Below, in pieces: positions 1 through 12,200 of a stretch of 64,000 nt of DNA. This DNA comes from Auanema rhodensis. Its lineage: Eukaryota; Animalia; Nematoda. The notes under the pieces were generated by a model. The model saw nothing but the letters and a program-made list of their open reading frames with translations, had not been told where the DNA came from and ran no database searches. Position 1 is the stretch's first letter; every line of letters begins with the position of its first letter. The stretch spans positions 6,944,001 through 7,008,000 of the forward strand of contig OZ059895.1 of the NCBI GenBank assembly GCA_964057225.1, written 5' to 3'. The translations under genes were made by a program, and so were the position numbers.

Positions 1-59
1 GAAGATTCGGAAGCTTGTCTATCTCTTGACCGGAAACTTTTATTGTTCAGGCAATCTCA

Positions 60-110
60 GTCTAGAGTTTTGAATGTTCTTCTGAACAGGAATACGGTGC
101 ACGTGCCATT
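60..110 (+). promoter_or_regulatory. Candidate snRNA-type proximal sequence element (PSE) region, repeated in every unit
   Basis: Lies about -78 to -28 from the SL +1, where nematode SL/snRNA promoters place the PSE. It is among the least variable spacer segments and contains the palindrome GCACGTGC (99-106). Inferred from position and conservation, not from a motif match. Confidence 0.5.
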
Positions 111-137
111 TGCCTTGGGGTATTCAACTTCATTTTT

Positions 138-232
138 GGTTTAATTACCCAAGTTTGAGGTACTTTGATGATTCAACAACGGTTACACCTGATGTTGAAC
201 TAAATTTTGGAAAGCTCACTATATGTGAGCAA
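138..232 (+). ncRNA. SL1: Representative SL1 RNA gene (~95 nt; 3' end approximate)
   Basis: Exon 138-159 GGTTTAATTACCCAAGTTTGAG and donor GT at 160-161. Stem I has TACC/GGTA spanning the donor. Stem II is TTCAACA 172-178 / TGTTGAA 193-199. Sm site AAATTTTGGAA 202-212. Stem III is GCTCAC 214-219 / GTGAGC 225-230. Same architecture as C. elegans SL1 RNA. Confidence 0.96.
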
Positions 233-3200
233 CATTGATATTTCATCTCTCTGAAGATTCGGAAGCTTGTCTATCTCTTGACCGGAAACTTTTATTGTTC
301 AGGCAATCTCAGTCTAGAGTTTTGAATGTTCTTCTGAACAGGAATACGGTGCACGTGCCATTTGCCTTGGGGTATTCAACTTCATTTTTGGTTTAATTAC
401 CCAAGTTTGAGGTACTTTGATGATTCAACAAGGGTTACACCTGATGTTGAACTAAATTTTGGAAAGCTCACCATTGATATTTCTTCTCTCTGAACATTCG
501 GAAGCTTGTCTATCTCTTGACCGGAAATGGTTATTGTTCAGACAATCTCAGTCTAGAGTTTTGAATGTTCTTCTGAACAGGAATACGGTGCACGTGCCAT
601 TTGCCTTGGGGTATTCAACTTCATTTTTGGTTTAATTACCCAAGTTTGAGGTACTTTGATGATTCAACAACGGTTACACCTGATGTTGAACTAAATTTTG
701 GAAAGCTCACTATATGTGAGCAACATTGATATTTCATCTCTCTGAAGATTCGGAAGCTTGTCTATCTCTTGACCGGAAATGTTTATTGTTCAGACAATCT
801 CAGTCTAGAGTTTTGAATGTTCTTCTGAACAGGAATACGGTGCACGTGCCATTTGCCTTGGGGTATTCAACTTCATTTTTGGTTTAATTACCCAAGTTTG
901 AGGTACTTTGATGATTCAACAACGGTTACACCTGATGTTGAACTAAATTTTGGAAAGCTCACTATATGTGAGCAACATTGATATTTCATCTCTCTGAAGA
1001 TTCGGAAGCTTGTCTATCTCTTGACCGAAAATGGTTATTGTTCAGACAATCTCAGTCTAGAGTTTTGAATGTTCTTCTGAACAGGAATACGGTGCACGTG
1101 CCATTTGCCTTGGGGTATTCAACTTCATTTTTGGTTTAATTACCCAAGTTTGAGGTACTTTGATGATTCAACAACGGTTACACCTGATGTTGAACTAAAT
1201 TTTGGAAAGCTCACTATATGTGAGCAACATTGATATTTCATCTCTCTGAAGATTCGGAAGCTTGTCTATCTCTTGACCGGAAACTTTTATTGTTCAGGCA
1301 ATCTCAGTCTAGAGTTTTGAATGTTCTTCTGAACAGGAATACGGTGCACGTGCCATTTGCCTTGGGGTATTCAACTTCATCTTTTGTTTAATTACCCAAG
1401 TTTGAGGTACTTTGATGATTCAACAACGGTTACACCTGATGTTGAACTAAATTTTGGAAAGCTCACTATATGTGAGCAACATTGATATTTCATCTCTCTG
1501 AAGATTCGGAAGCTTGTCTATCTCTTGACCGGAAATGTTTATTGTTCAGACAATCTCAGTCTAGAGTTTTGAATGTTCTTCTGAACAGGAATACGGTGCA
1601 CGTGCCATTTGCCTTGGGGTATTCAACTTCATTTTTGGTTTAATTACCCAAGTTTGAGGTACTTTGATGATTCAACAACGGTTACACCTGATGTTGAACT
1701 AAATTTTGGAAAGCTCACTATATGTGAGCAACATTGATATTTCATCTCTCTGAAGATTCGGAAGCTTGTCTATCTCTTGACCGGAAATGTTTATTGTTCA
1801 GACAATCTCAGTCTAGAGTTTTGAATGTTCTTCTGAACAGGAATACGGTGCACGTGCCATTTGCCTTGGGGTATTCAACTTCATTTTTGGTTTAATTACC
1901 CAAGTTTGAGGTACTTTGATGATTCAACAAGGGTTACACCTGATGTTGAACTAAATTTTGGAAAGCTCACCATTGATATTTCTTCTCTCTGAACATTCGG
2001 AAGCTTGTCTATCTCTTGACCGGAAATGGTTATTGTTCAGACAATCTCAGTCTAGAGTTTTGAATGTTCTTCTGAACAGGAATACGGTGCACGTGCCATT
2101 TGCCTTGGGGTATTCAACTTCATTTTTGGTTTAATTACCCAAGTTTGAGGTACTTTGATGATTCAACAACGGTTACACCTGATGTTGAACTAAATTTTGG
2201 AAAGCTCACTATATGTGAGCAACATTGATATTTCATCTCTCTGAAGATTCGGAAGCTTGTCTATCTCTTGACCGGAAATGTTTATTGTTCAGACAATCTC
2301 AGTCTAGAGTTTTGAATGTTCTTCTGAACAGGAATACGGTGCACGTGCCATTTGCCTTGGGGTATTCAACTTCATTTTTGGTTTAATTACCCAAGTTTGA
2401 GGTACTTTGATGATTCAACAACGGTTACACCTGATGTTGAACTAAATTTTTGAAAGCTCACTATATGTGAGCAACATTGATATTTCATCTTTCTGAAGAT
2501 TCTGAAGATTCTGAAGCTTGTCTATCTCTTGACCGAAAATGGTTATTGTTCAGACAATCTCAGTCTAGAGTTTTGAATGTTCTTCTGAACAGGAATACGG
2601 TGCACGTGCCATTTGCCTTGGGGTATTCAACTTCATTTTTGGTTTAATTACCCAAGTTTGAGGTACTTTGATGATTCAACAACGGTTACACCTGATGTTG
2701 AACTAAATTTTGGAAAGCTCACTATATGTGAGCAACATTGATATTTCATCTCTCTGAAGATTCGGAAGCTTGTCTATCTCTTGACCGGAAATGTTTATTG
2801 TTCAGACAATCTCAGTCTAGAGTTTTGAATGTTCTTCTGAACAGGAATACGGTGCACGTGCCATTTGCCTTGGGGTATTCAACTTCATTTTTGGTTTAAT
2901 TACCCAAGTTTGAGGTACTTTGATGATTCAACAAGGGTTACACCTGATGTTGAACTAAATTTTGGAAAGCTCACTATATGTGAGCAACATTGATATTTCA
3001 TCTCTCTGAAGATTCGGAAGCTTGTCTATCTCTTGACCGGAAATGGTTATTGTTCAGACAATCTCAGTCTAGAGTTTTGAATGTTCTTCTGAACAGGAAT
3101 ACGGTGCACATGCCATTTGCCTTGGGGTATTCATCTTCATCTTTGGTTTAATTACCCAAGTTTGAGGTACTTTGATGATTCAACAACGGTTACACCTGAT

Positions 3201-6200
3201 GTTGAACTAAATTTTGGAAAGCTCACTATATGTGAGCAACATTGATATTTCATCTTTCTGAAGATTCTGAAGATTCTGAAGCTTGTCTATCTCTTTACCG
3301 GAAACTTTTATTGTTCAGACAATCTCAGTCTAGAGTTTTGAATGTTCTTCTGAACAGGAATACGGTGCACGTGCCATTTGCCTTGGGGGGTTCAACTTCA
3401 TTTTTGGTTTAATTACCCAAGTTTGAGGTACTTTGATGATTCAACAAGGGTTACACCTGATGTTGAACTAAATTTTGGAAAGCTCACTATATGTGAGCAA
3501 CATTGATATTTCATCTTTCTGAAGATTCGGAAGCTTGTCTATCTCTTTACCGGAAATGTTTATTGTTCAGACAATCTCAGTCTAGAGTTTTGAATGTTCT
3601 TCTGAACAGGAATACAGTGCACGTGCCATTTGCCTTGGGGTATTCAACTTCATTTTTGGTTTAATTACCCAAGTTTGAGGTACTTTGATGATTCAACAAC
3701 GGTTACACCTGATGTTGAACTAAATTTTGGAAAGCTCACTATATGTGAGCAACATTGATATTTCATCTCTCTGAAGATTCGGAAGCTTGTCTATCTCTTG
3801 ACCGGAAATGTTTATTGTTCAGACAATCTCAGTCTAGAGTTTTGAATGTTCTTCTGAACAGGAATACGGTGCACGTGCCATTTGCCTTGGGGTATTCAAC
3901 TTCATTTTTGGTTTAATTACCCAAGTTTGAGGTACTTTGATGATTCAACAACGGTTACACCTGATGTTGAACTAAATTTTGGAAAGCTCACTATATGTGA
4001 GCAACATTGATATTTCATCTTTCTGAAGATTCTGAAGATTCTGAAGCTTGTCTATCTCTTGACCGAAAATGGTTATTGTTCAGACAATCTCAGTCTAGAG
4101 TTTTGAATGTTCTTCTGAACAGGAATACGGTGCACGTGCCATTTGCCTTGGGGTATTCAACTTCATTTTTGGTTTAATTACCCAAGTTTGAGGTACTTTG
4201 ATGATTCAACAAGGGTTACACCTGATGTTGAACTAAATTTTGGAAAGCTCACTATATGTGAGCAACATTGATATTTCATCTCTCTGAAGATTCGGAAGCT
4301 TGTCTATCTCTTGACCGGAAATGGTTATTGTTCAGACAATCTCAGTCTAGAGTTTTGAATGTTCTTCTGAACAGGAATACGGTGCACATGCCATTTGCCT
4401 TGGGGTATTCATCTTCATCTTTGGTTTAATTACCCAAGTTTGAGGTACTTTGATGATTCAACAACGGTTACACCTGATGTTGAACTAAATTTTGGAAAGC
4501 TCACTATATGTGAGCAACATTGATATTTCATCTTTCTGAAGATTCTGAAGATTCTGAAGCTTGTCTATCTCTTTACCGGAAACTTTTATTGTTCAGACAA
4601 TCTCAGTCTAGAGTTTTGAATGTTCTTCTGAACAGGAATACGGTGCACGTGCCATTTGCCTTGGGGGGTTCAACTTCATTTTTGGTTTAATTACCCAAGT
4701 TTGAGGTACTTTGATGATTCAACAAGGGTTACACCTGATGTTGAACTAAATTTTGGAAAGCTCACTATATGTGAGCAACATTGATATTTCATCTTTCTGA
4801 AGATTCGGAAGCTTGTCTATCTCTTTACCGGAAACTTTTATTGTTCAGACAATCTCAGTCTAGAATTTTGAATGTTCTTCTGAACAGGAATACGGTGCAC
4901 GTGCCATTTGCCTTGGGGGGTTCAACTCCATTTTTGGTTTAATTACCCAAGTTTGAGGTACTTTGATGATTCAACAAGGGTTACACCTGATGTTGAACTA
5001 AATTTTGGAAAGCTCACTATATGTGAGCAACATTGATATTTCATCTTTCTGAAGATTCGGAAGCTTGTCTATCTCTTTACCGGAAATGTTTATTGTTCAG
5101 ACAATCTCAGTCTAGAGTTTTGAATGTTCTTCTGAACAGGAATACGGTGCACGTGCCATTTGCCTTGGGGTATTCAACTTCATTTTTGGTTTAATTACCC
5201 AAGTTTGAGGTACTTTGATGATTCAACAAGGGTTACACCTGATGTTGAACTAAATTTTGGAAAGCTCACTATATGTGAGCAACATTGATATTTCATCTCT
5301 CTGAAGATTCGGAAGCTTGTCTATCTCTTGACCGGAAACTTTTATTGTTCAGACAATCTCAGTCTAGAGTTTTGAATGTTCTTCTGAACAGGAATACGGT
5401 GCACGTGCCATTTGCCTTGGGGTATTCAACTTAATTTTTGGTTTAATTACCCAAGTTTGAGGTACTTTGATGATTCAACAAGGGTTACACCTGATGTTGA
5501 ACTAAATTTTGGAAAGCTCACTATATGTGAGCAACATTGATATTTCATCTCTCTGAAGATTCGGAAGCTTGTCTATCTCTTTACCGGAAATGTTTATTGT
5601 TCAGACAATCTCAGTCTAGAGTTTTGAATGTTCTTCTGAACAGGAATACAGTGCACGTGCCATTTGCCTTGGGGTATTCAACTTCATTTTTGGTTTAATT
5701 ACCCAAGTTTGAGGTACTTTGATGATTCAGCAACGGTTACACCTGATGTTGAACTAAATTTTGGAAAGCTCACTATATGTGAGCAACATTGATATTCCAT
5801 CTCTCTGAAGATTCTGAAGCTTGTCTATCTCTTGACCGGAAATGTTTATTGTTCAGACAATCTCAGTCTAGAGTTTTGAATGTTCTTCTGAACAGGAATA
5901 CGGTGCACGTGCCATTTGCCTTGGGGTATTCAACTTCATTTTTGGTTTAATTACCCAAGTTTGAGGTACTTTGATGATTCAACAACGGTTACACCTGATG
6001 TTGAACTAAATTTTGGAAAGCTCACTATATGTGAGCAACATTGATATTCCATCTCTCTGAAGATTCTGAAGCTTGTCTATCTCTTGACCGAAAATGGTTA
6101 TTGTTCAGACAATCTCAGTCTAGAGTTTTGAATGTTCTTCTGAACAGGAATACGGTGCACGTGCCATTTGCCTTGGGGTATTCAACTTCATTTTTGGTTT

Positions 6201-9200
6201 AATTACCCAAGTTTGAGGTACTTTGATGATTCAACAAGGGTTACACCTGATGTTGAACTAAATTTTGGAAAGCTCACTATATGTGAGCAACATTGATATT
6301 TCATCTCTCTGAAGATTCGGAAGCTTGTCTATCTCTTGACCGGAAATGGTTATTGTTCAGACAATCTCAGTCTAGAGTTTTGAATGTTCTTCTGAACAGG
6401 AATACGGTGCACATGCCATTTGCCTTGGGGTATTCATCTTCATCTTTGGTTTAATTACCCAAGTTTGAGGTACTTTGATGATTCAACAACGGTTACACCT
6501 GATGTTGAACTAAATTTTGGAAAGCTCAGTATATGTGAGCAACATTGATATTTCATCTCTCTGAAGATTCGGAAGCTTGTCTATCTCTTGACCGGAAACT
6601 TTTATTGTTCAGACAATCTCAGTCTAGAGTTATGAATGTTCTTCTGAACAGGAATACGGTGCACGTGCCATTTGCCTTGGGGTATTCAACTTAATTTTTG
6701 GTTTAATTACCCAAGTTTGAGGTACTTTGATGATTCAACAAGGGTTACACCTGATGTTGAACTAAATTTTGGAAAGCTCACTATATGTGAGCAACATTGA
6801 TATTTCATCTTTCTGAAGATTCGGAAGCTTGTCTATCTCTTTACCGGAAATGTTTATTGTTCAGACAATCTCAGTCTAGAGTTTTGAATGTTCTTCTGAA
6901 CAGGAATACAGTGCACGTGCCATTTGCCTTGGGGTATTCAACTTCATTTTTGGTTTAATTACCCAAGTTTGAGGTACTTTGATGATTCAACAACGGTTAC
7001 ACCTGATGTTGAACTAAATTTTGGAAAGCTCACTATATGTGAGCAACATTGATATTTCATCTCTCTGAAGATTCGGAAGCTTGTCTATCTCTTGACCGGA
7101 AATGTTTATTGTTCAGACAATCTCAGTCTAGAGTTTTGAATGTTCTTCTGAACAGGAATACGGTGCACGTGCCATTTGCCTTGGGGTATTCAACTTCATT
7201 TTTGGTTTAATTACCCAAGTTTGAGGTACTTTGATGATTCAACAACGGTTACACCTGATGTTGAACTAAATTTTGGAAAGCTCACTATATGTGAGCAACA
7301 TTGATATTTCATCTTTCTGAAGATTCTGAAGATTCTGAAGCTTGTCTATCTCTTGACCGAAAATGGTTATTGTTCAGACAATCTCAGTCTAGAGTTTTGA
7401 ATGTTCTTCTGAACAGGAATACGGTGCACGTGCCATTTGCCTTGGGGTATTCAACTTCATTTTTGGTTTAATTACCCAAGTTTGAGGTACTTTGATGATT
7501 CAACAACGGTTACACCTGATGTTGAACTAAATTTTGGAAAGCTCACTATATGTGAGCAACATTGATATTTCATCTCTCTGAAGATTCGGAAGCTTGTCTA
7601 TCTCTTGACCGGAAATGTTTATTGTTCAGACAATCTCAGTCTAGAGTTTTGAATGTTCTTCTGAACAGGAATACGGTGCACGTGCCATTTGCCTTGGGGT
7701 ATTCAACTTCATTTTTGGTTTAATTACCCAAGTTTGAGGTACTTTGATGATTCAACAAGGGTTACACCTGATGTTGAACTAAATTTTGGAAAGCTCACTA
7801 TATGTGAGCAACATTGATATTTCATCTCTCTGAAGATTCGGAAGCTTGTCTATCTCTTGACCGGAAATGGTTATTGTTCAGACAATCTCAGTCTAGAGTT
7901 TTGAATGTTCTTCTGAACAGGAATACGGTGCACATGCCATTTGCCTTGGGGTATTCATCTTCATCTTTGGTTTAATTACCCAAGTTTGAGGTACTTTGAT
8001 GATTCAACAACGGTTACACCTGATGTTGAACTAAATTTTGGAAAGCTCACTATATGTGAGCAACATTGATATTTCATCTCTCTGAAGATTCGGAAGCTTG
8101 TCTATCTCTTGACCGGAAACTTTTATTGTTCAGACAATCTCAGTCTAGAGTTTTGAATGTTCTTCTGAACAGGAATACGGTGCACGTGCCATTTGCCTTG
8201 GGGTATTCAACTTAATTTTTGGTTTAATTACCCAAGTTTGAGGTACTTTGATGATTCAACAAGGGTTACACCTGATGTTGAACTAAATTTTGGAAAGCTC
8301 ACTATATGTGAGCAACATTGATATTTCATCTTTCTGAAGATTCGGAAGCTTGTCTATCTCTTTACCGGAAATGTTTATTGTTCAGACAATCTCAGTCTAG
8401 AGTTTTGAATGTTCTTCTGAACAGGAATACAGTGCACGTGCCATTTGCCTTGGGGTATTCAACTTCATTTTTGGTTTAATTACCCAAGTTTGAGGTACTT
8501 TGATGATTCAACAACGGTTACACCTGATGTTGAACTAAATTTTGGAAAGCTCACTATATGTGAGCAACATTGATATTTCATCTCTCTGAAGATTCGGAAG
8601 CTTGTCTATCTCTTGACCGGAAATGTTTATTGTTCAGACAATCTCAGTCTAGAGTTTTGAATGTTCTTCTGAACAGGAATACGGTGCACGTGCCATTTGC
8701 CTTGGGGTATTCAACTTCATTTTTGGTTTAATTACCCAAGTTTGAGGTACTTTGATGATTCAACAACGGTTACACCTGATGTTGAACTAAATTTTGGAAA
8801 GCTCACTATATGTGAGCAACATTGATATTTCATCTTTCTGAAGATTCTGAAGATTCGGAAGCTTGTCTATCTCTTGACCGGAAATGTTTATTGTTCAGAC
8901 AATCTCAGTCTAGAGTTTTGAATGTTCTTCTGAACAGGAATACGGTGCACGTGCCATTTGCCTTGGGGTATTCAACTTCATTTTTGGTTTAATTACCCAA
9001 GTTTGAGGTACTTTGATGATTCAACAAGGGTTACACCTGATGTTGAACTAAATTTTGGAAAGCTCACTATATGTGAGCAACATTGATATTTCATCTCTCT
9101 GAAGATTCGGAAGCTTGTCTATCTCTTGACCGGAAACTTTTATTGTTCAGACAATCTCAGTCTAGAGTTTTGAATGTTCTTCTGAACAGGAATACAGTGC

Positions 9201-12200
9201 ACGTGCCATTTGCCTTGGGGTATTCAACTTCATTTTTGGTTTAATTACCCAAGTTTGAGGTACTTTGATGATTCAGCAACGGTTACACCTGATGTTGAAC
9301 TAAATTTTGGAAAGCTCACTATATGTGAGCAACATTGATATTTCATCTCTCTGAAGATTCGGAAGCTTGTCTATCTCTTGACCGGAAATGTTTATTGTTC
9401 AGACAATCTCAGTCTAGAGTTTTGAATGTTCTTCTGAACAGGAATACAGTGCACGTGCCATTTGCCTTGGGGTATTCAACTTCATTTTTGGTTTAATTAC
9501 CCAAGTTTGAGGTACTTTGATGATTCAACAAGGGTTACACCTGATGTTGAACTAAATTTTGGAAAGCTCACTATATGTGAGCAACATTGATATTTCATCT
9601 CTCTGAAGATTCGGAAGCTTGTCTATCTCTTGACCGGAAACTTTTATTGTTCAGACAATCTCAGTCTAGAGTTTTGAATGTTCTTCTGAACAGGAATACA
9701 GTGCACGTGCCATTTGCCTTGGGGTATTAAACTTCATTTTTGGTTTAATTACCCAAGTTTGAGGTACTTTGATGATTCAGCAACGGTTACACCTGATGTT
9801 GAACTAAATTTTGGAAAGCTCACTATATGTGAGCAACATTGATATTTCATCTCTCTGAAGATTCGGAAGCTTGTCTATCTCTTGACCGGAAATGTTTATT
9901 GTTCAGACAATCTCAGTCTAGAGTTTTGAATGTTCTTCTGAACAGGAATACGGTGCACGTGCCATTTGCCTTGGGGTATTCAACTTCATTTTTGGTTTAA
10001 TTACCCAAGTTTGAGGTACTTTGATGATTCAACAAGGGTTACACCTGATGTTGAACTAAATTTTGGAAAGCTCACTATATGTGAGCAACATTGATATTCC
10101 ATCTCTCTGAAGATTCTGAAGCTTGTCTATCTCTTGACCGAAAATGGTTATTGTTCAGACAATCTCAGTCTAGAGTTTTGAATGTTCTTCTGAACAGGAA
10201 TACGGTGCACGTGCCATTTGCCTTGGGGTATTCAACTTCATTTTTGGTTTAATTACCCAAGTTTGAGGTACTTTGATGATTCAACAAGGGTTACACCTGA
10301 TGTTGAACTAAATTTTGGAAAGCTCACTATATGTGAGCAACATTGATATTTCATCTCTCTGAAGATTCGGAAGCTTGTCTATCTCTTGACCGGAAATGGT
10401 TATTGTTCAGACAATCTCAGTCTAGAGTTTTGAATGTTCTTCTGAACAGGAATACGGTGCACATGCCATTTGCCTTGGGGTATTCATCTTCATCTTTGGT
10501 TTAATTACCCAAGTTTGAGGTACTTTGATGATTCAACAAGGGTTACACCTGATGTTGAACTAAATTTTGGAAAGCTCACTATATGTGAGCAACATTGATA
10601 TTCCATCTTTCTGAAGATTCGGAAGCTTGTCTATCTCTTGACCGGAAATGGTTATTGTTCAGACAATCTCAGTCTAGAGTTTTGAATGTTCTTCTGAACA
10701 GGAATACGGTGCACGTGCCATTTGCCTTGGGGTATTCAACTTCATTTTTGGTTTAATTACCCAAGTTTGAGGTACTTTGATGATTCAACAAGGGTTACAC
10801 CTGATGTTGAACTAAATTTTGGAAAGCTCACTATATGTGAGCAACATTGATATTCCATCTCTCTGAAGATTCGGAAGCTTGTCTATCTCTTGATCGGAAA
10901 TGTTTATTGTTCAGACAATCTCAGTCTAGAGTTTTGAATGTTCTTCTGAACAGGAATACGGTGCACGTGCCATTTGCCTTGGGGTATTCAACTTCATTTT
11001 TGGTTTAATTACCCAAGTTTGAGGTACTTTGATGATTCAACAACGGTTACACCTGATGTTGAACTAAATTTTGGAAAGCTCACTATATGTGAGCAACATT
11101 GATATTCCATCTTTCTGAAGATTCTGAAGCTTGTCTATCTCTTGATCGGAAATGTTTATTGTTCAGACAATCTCAGTCTAGAGTTTTGAATGTTCTTCTG
11201 AACAGGAATACGGTGCACGTGCCATTTGCCTTGGGGTATTCAACTTCATTTTTGGTTTAATTACCCAAGTTTGAGGTACTTTGATGATTCAACAACGGTT
11301 ACACCTGATGTTGAACTAAATTTTGGAAAGCTCACTATATGTGAGCAACATTGATATTTCATCTCTCTGAAGATTCGGAAGCTTGTCTATCTCTTGACCG
11401 GAAATGGTTATTGTTCAGACAATCTCAGTCTAGAGTTTTGAATGTTCTTCTGAACAGGAATACGGTGCACGTGCCATTTGCCTTGGGGTATTCAACTTCA
11501 TCTTTGGTTTAAATACCCAAGTTTGAGGTACTTTGATGATTCAACAAGGGTTACACCTGATGTTGAACTAAATTTTGGAAAGCTCACTATAAATTTTGGA
11601 AAGCTCACCATTGATATTTCTTCTCTCTGAACATTCGGAAGCTTGTCTATCTCTTGACCGAAAATGGTTATTGTTCAGACAATCTCAGTCTAGAGTTTTG
11701 AATGTTCTTCTGAACAGGAAAACGGTGCACGTGCCATTTGCCTTGGGGTATTCAACTTCATTTTTGGTTTAATTACCCAAGTTTGAGGTACTTTGATGAT
11801 TCAACAAGGGTTACACCTGATGTTGAACTAAATTTTGGAAAGCTCACTATATGTGAGCAACATTGATATTTCATCTTTCTGAAGATTCTGAAGATTCTGA
11901 AGCTTGTCTATCTCTTGACCGAAAATGGTTATTGTTCAGACAATCTCAGTCTAGAGTTTTGAATGTTCTTCTGAACAGGAATACGGTGCACATGCCATTT
12001 GCCTTGGGGTATTCAACTTCATTTTTGGTTTAATTACCCAAGTTTGAGGTACTTTGATGATTCAACAACGGTTACACCTGATGTTGAACTAAATTTTGGA
12101 AAGCTCACTATATGTGAGCAACATTGATATTCCATCTCTCTGAAGATTCAGAAGCTTGTCTATCTCTTGACCGGAAATGGTTATTGTTCAGACAATCTCA

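Noticed and set aside
1-252. 5S rRNA or tRNA in the spacer
   Set aside because: No recognisable 5S sequence, internal A/C boxes or cloverleaf on either strand by eye.
2-253. The monomer is 84 codons and frame +2 has only TGA stops, suggesting a giant repeat protein under TGA recoding
   Set aside because: Common alleles create TAG/TAA in that frame (CCTTAGG, CATTAAT), 1-, 2- and 13-bp indels break it, and the SL RNA structure explains the conservation.
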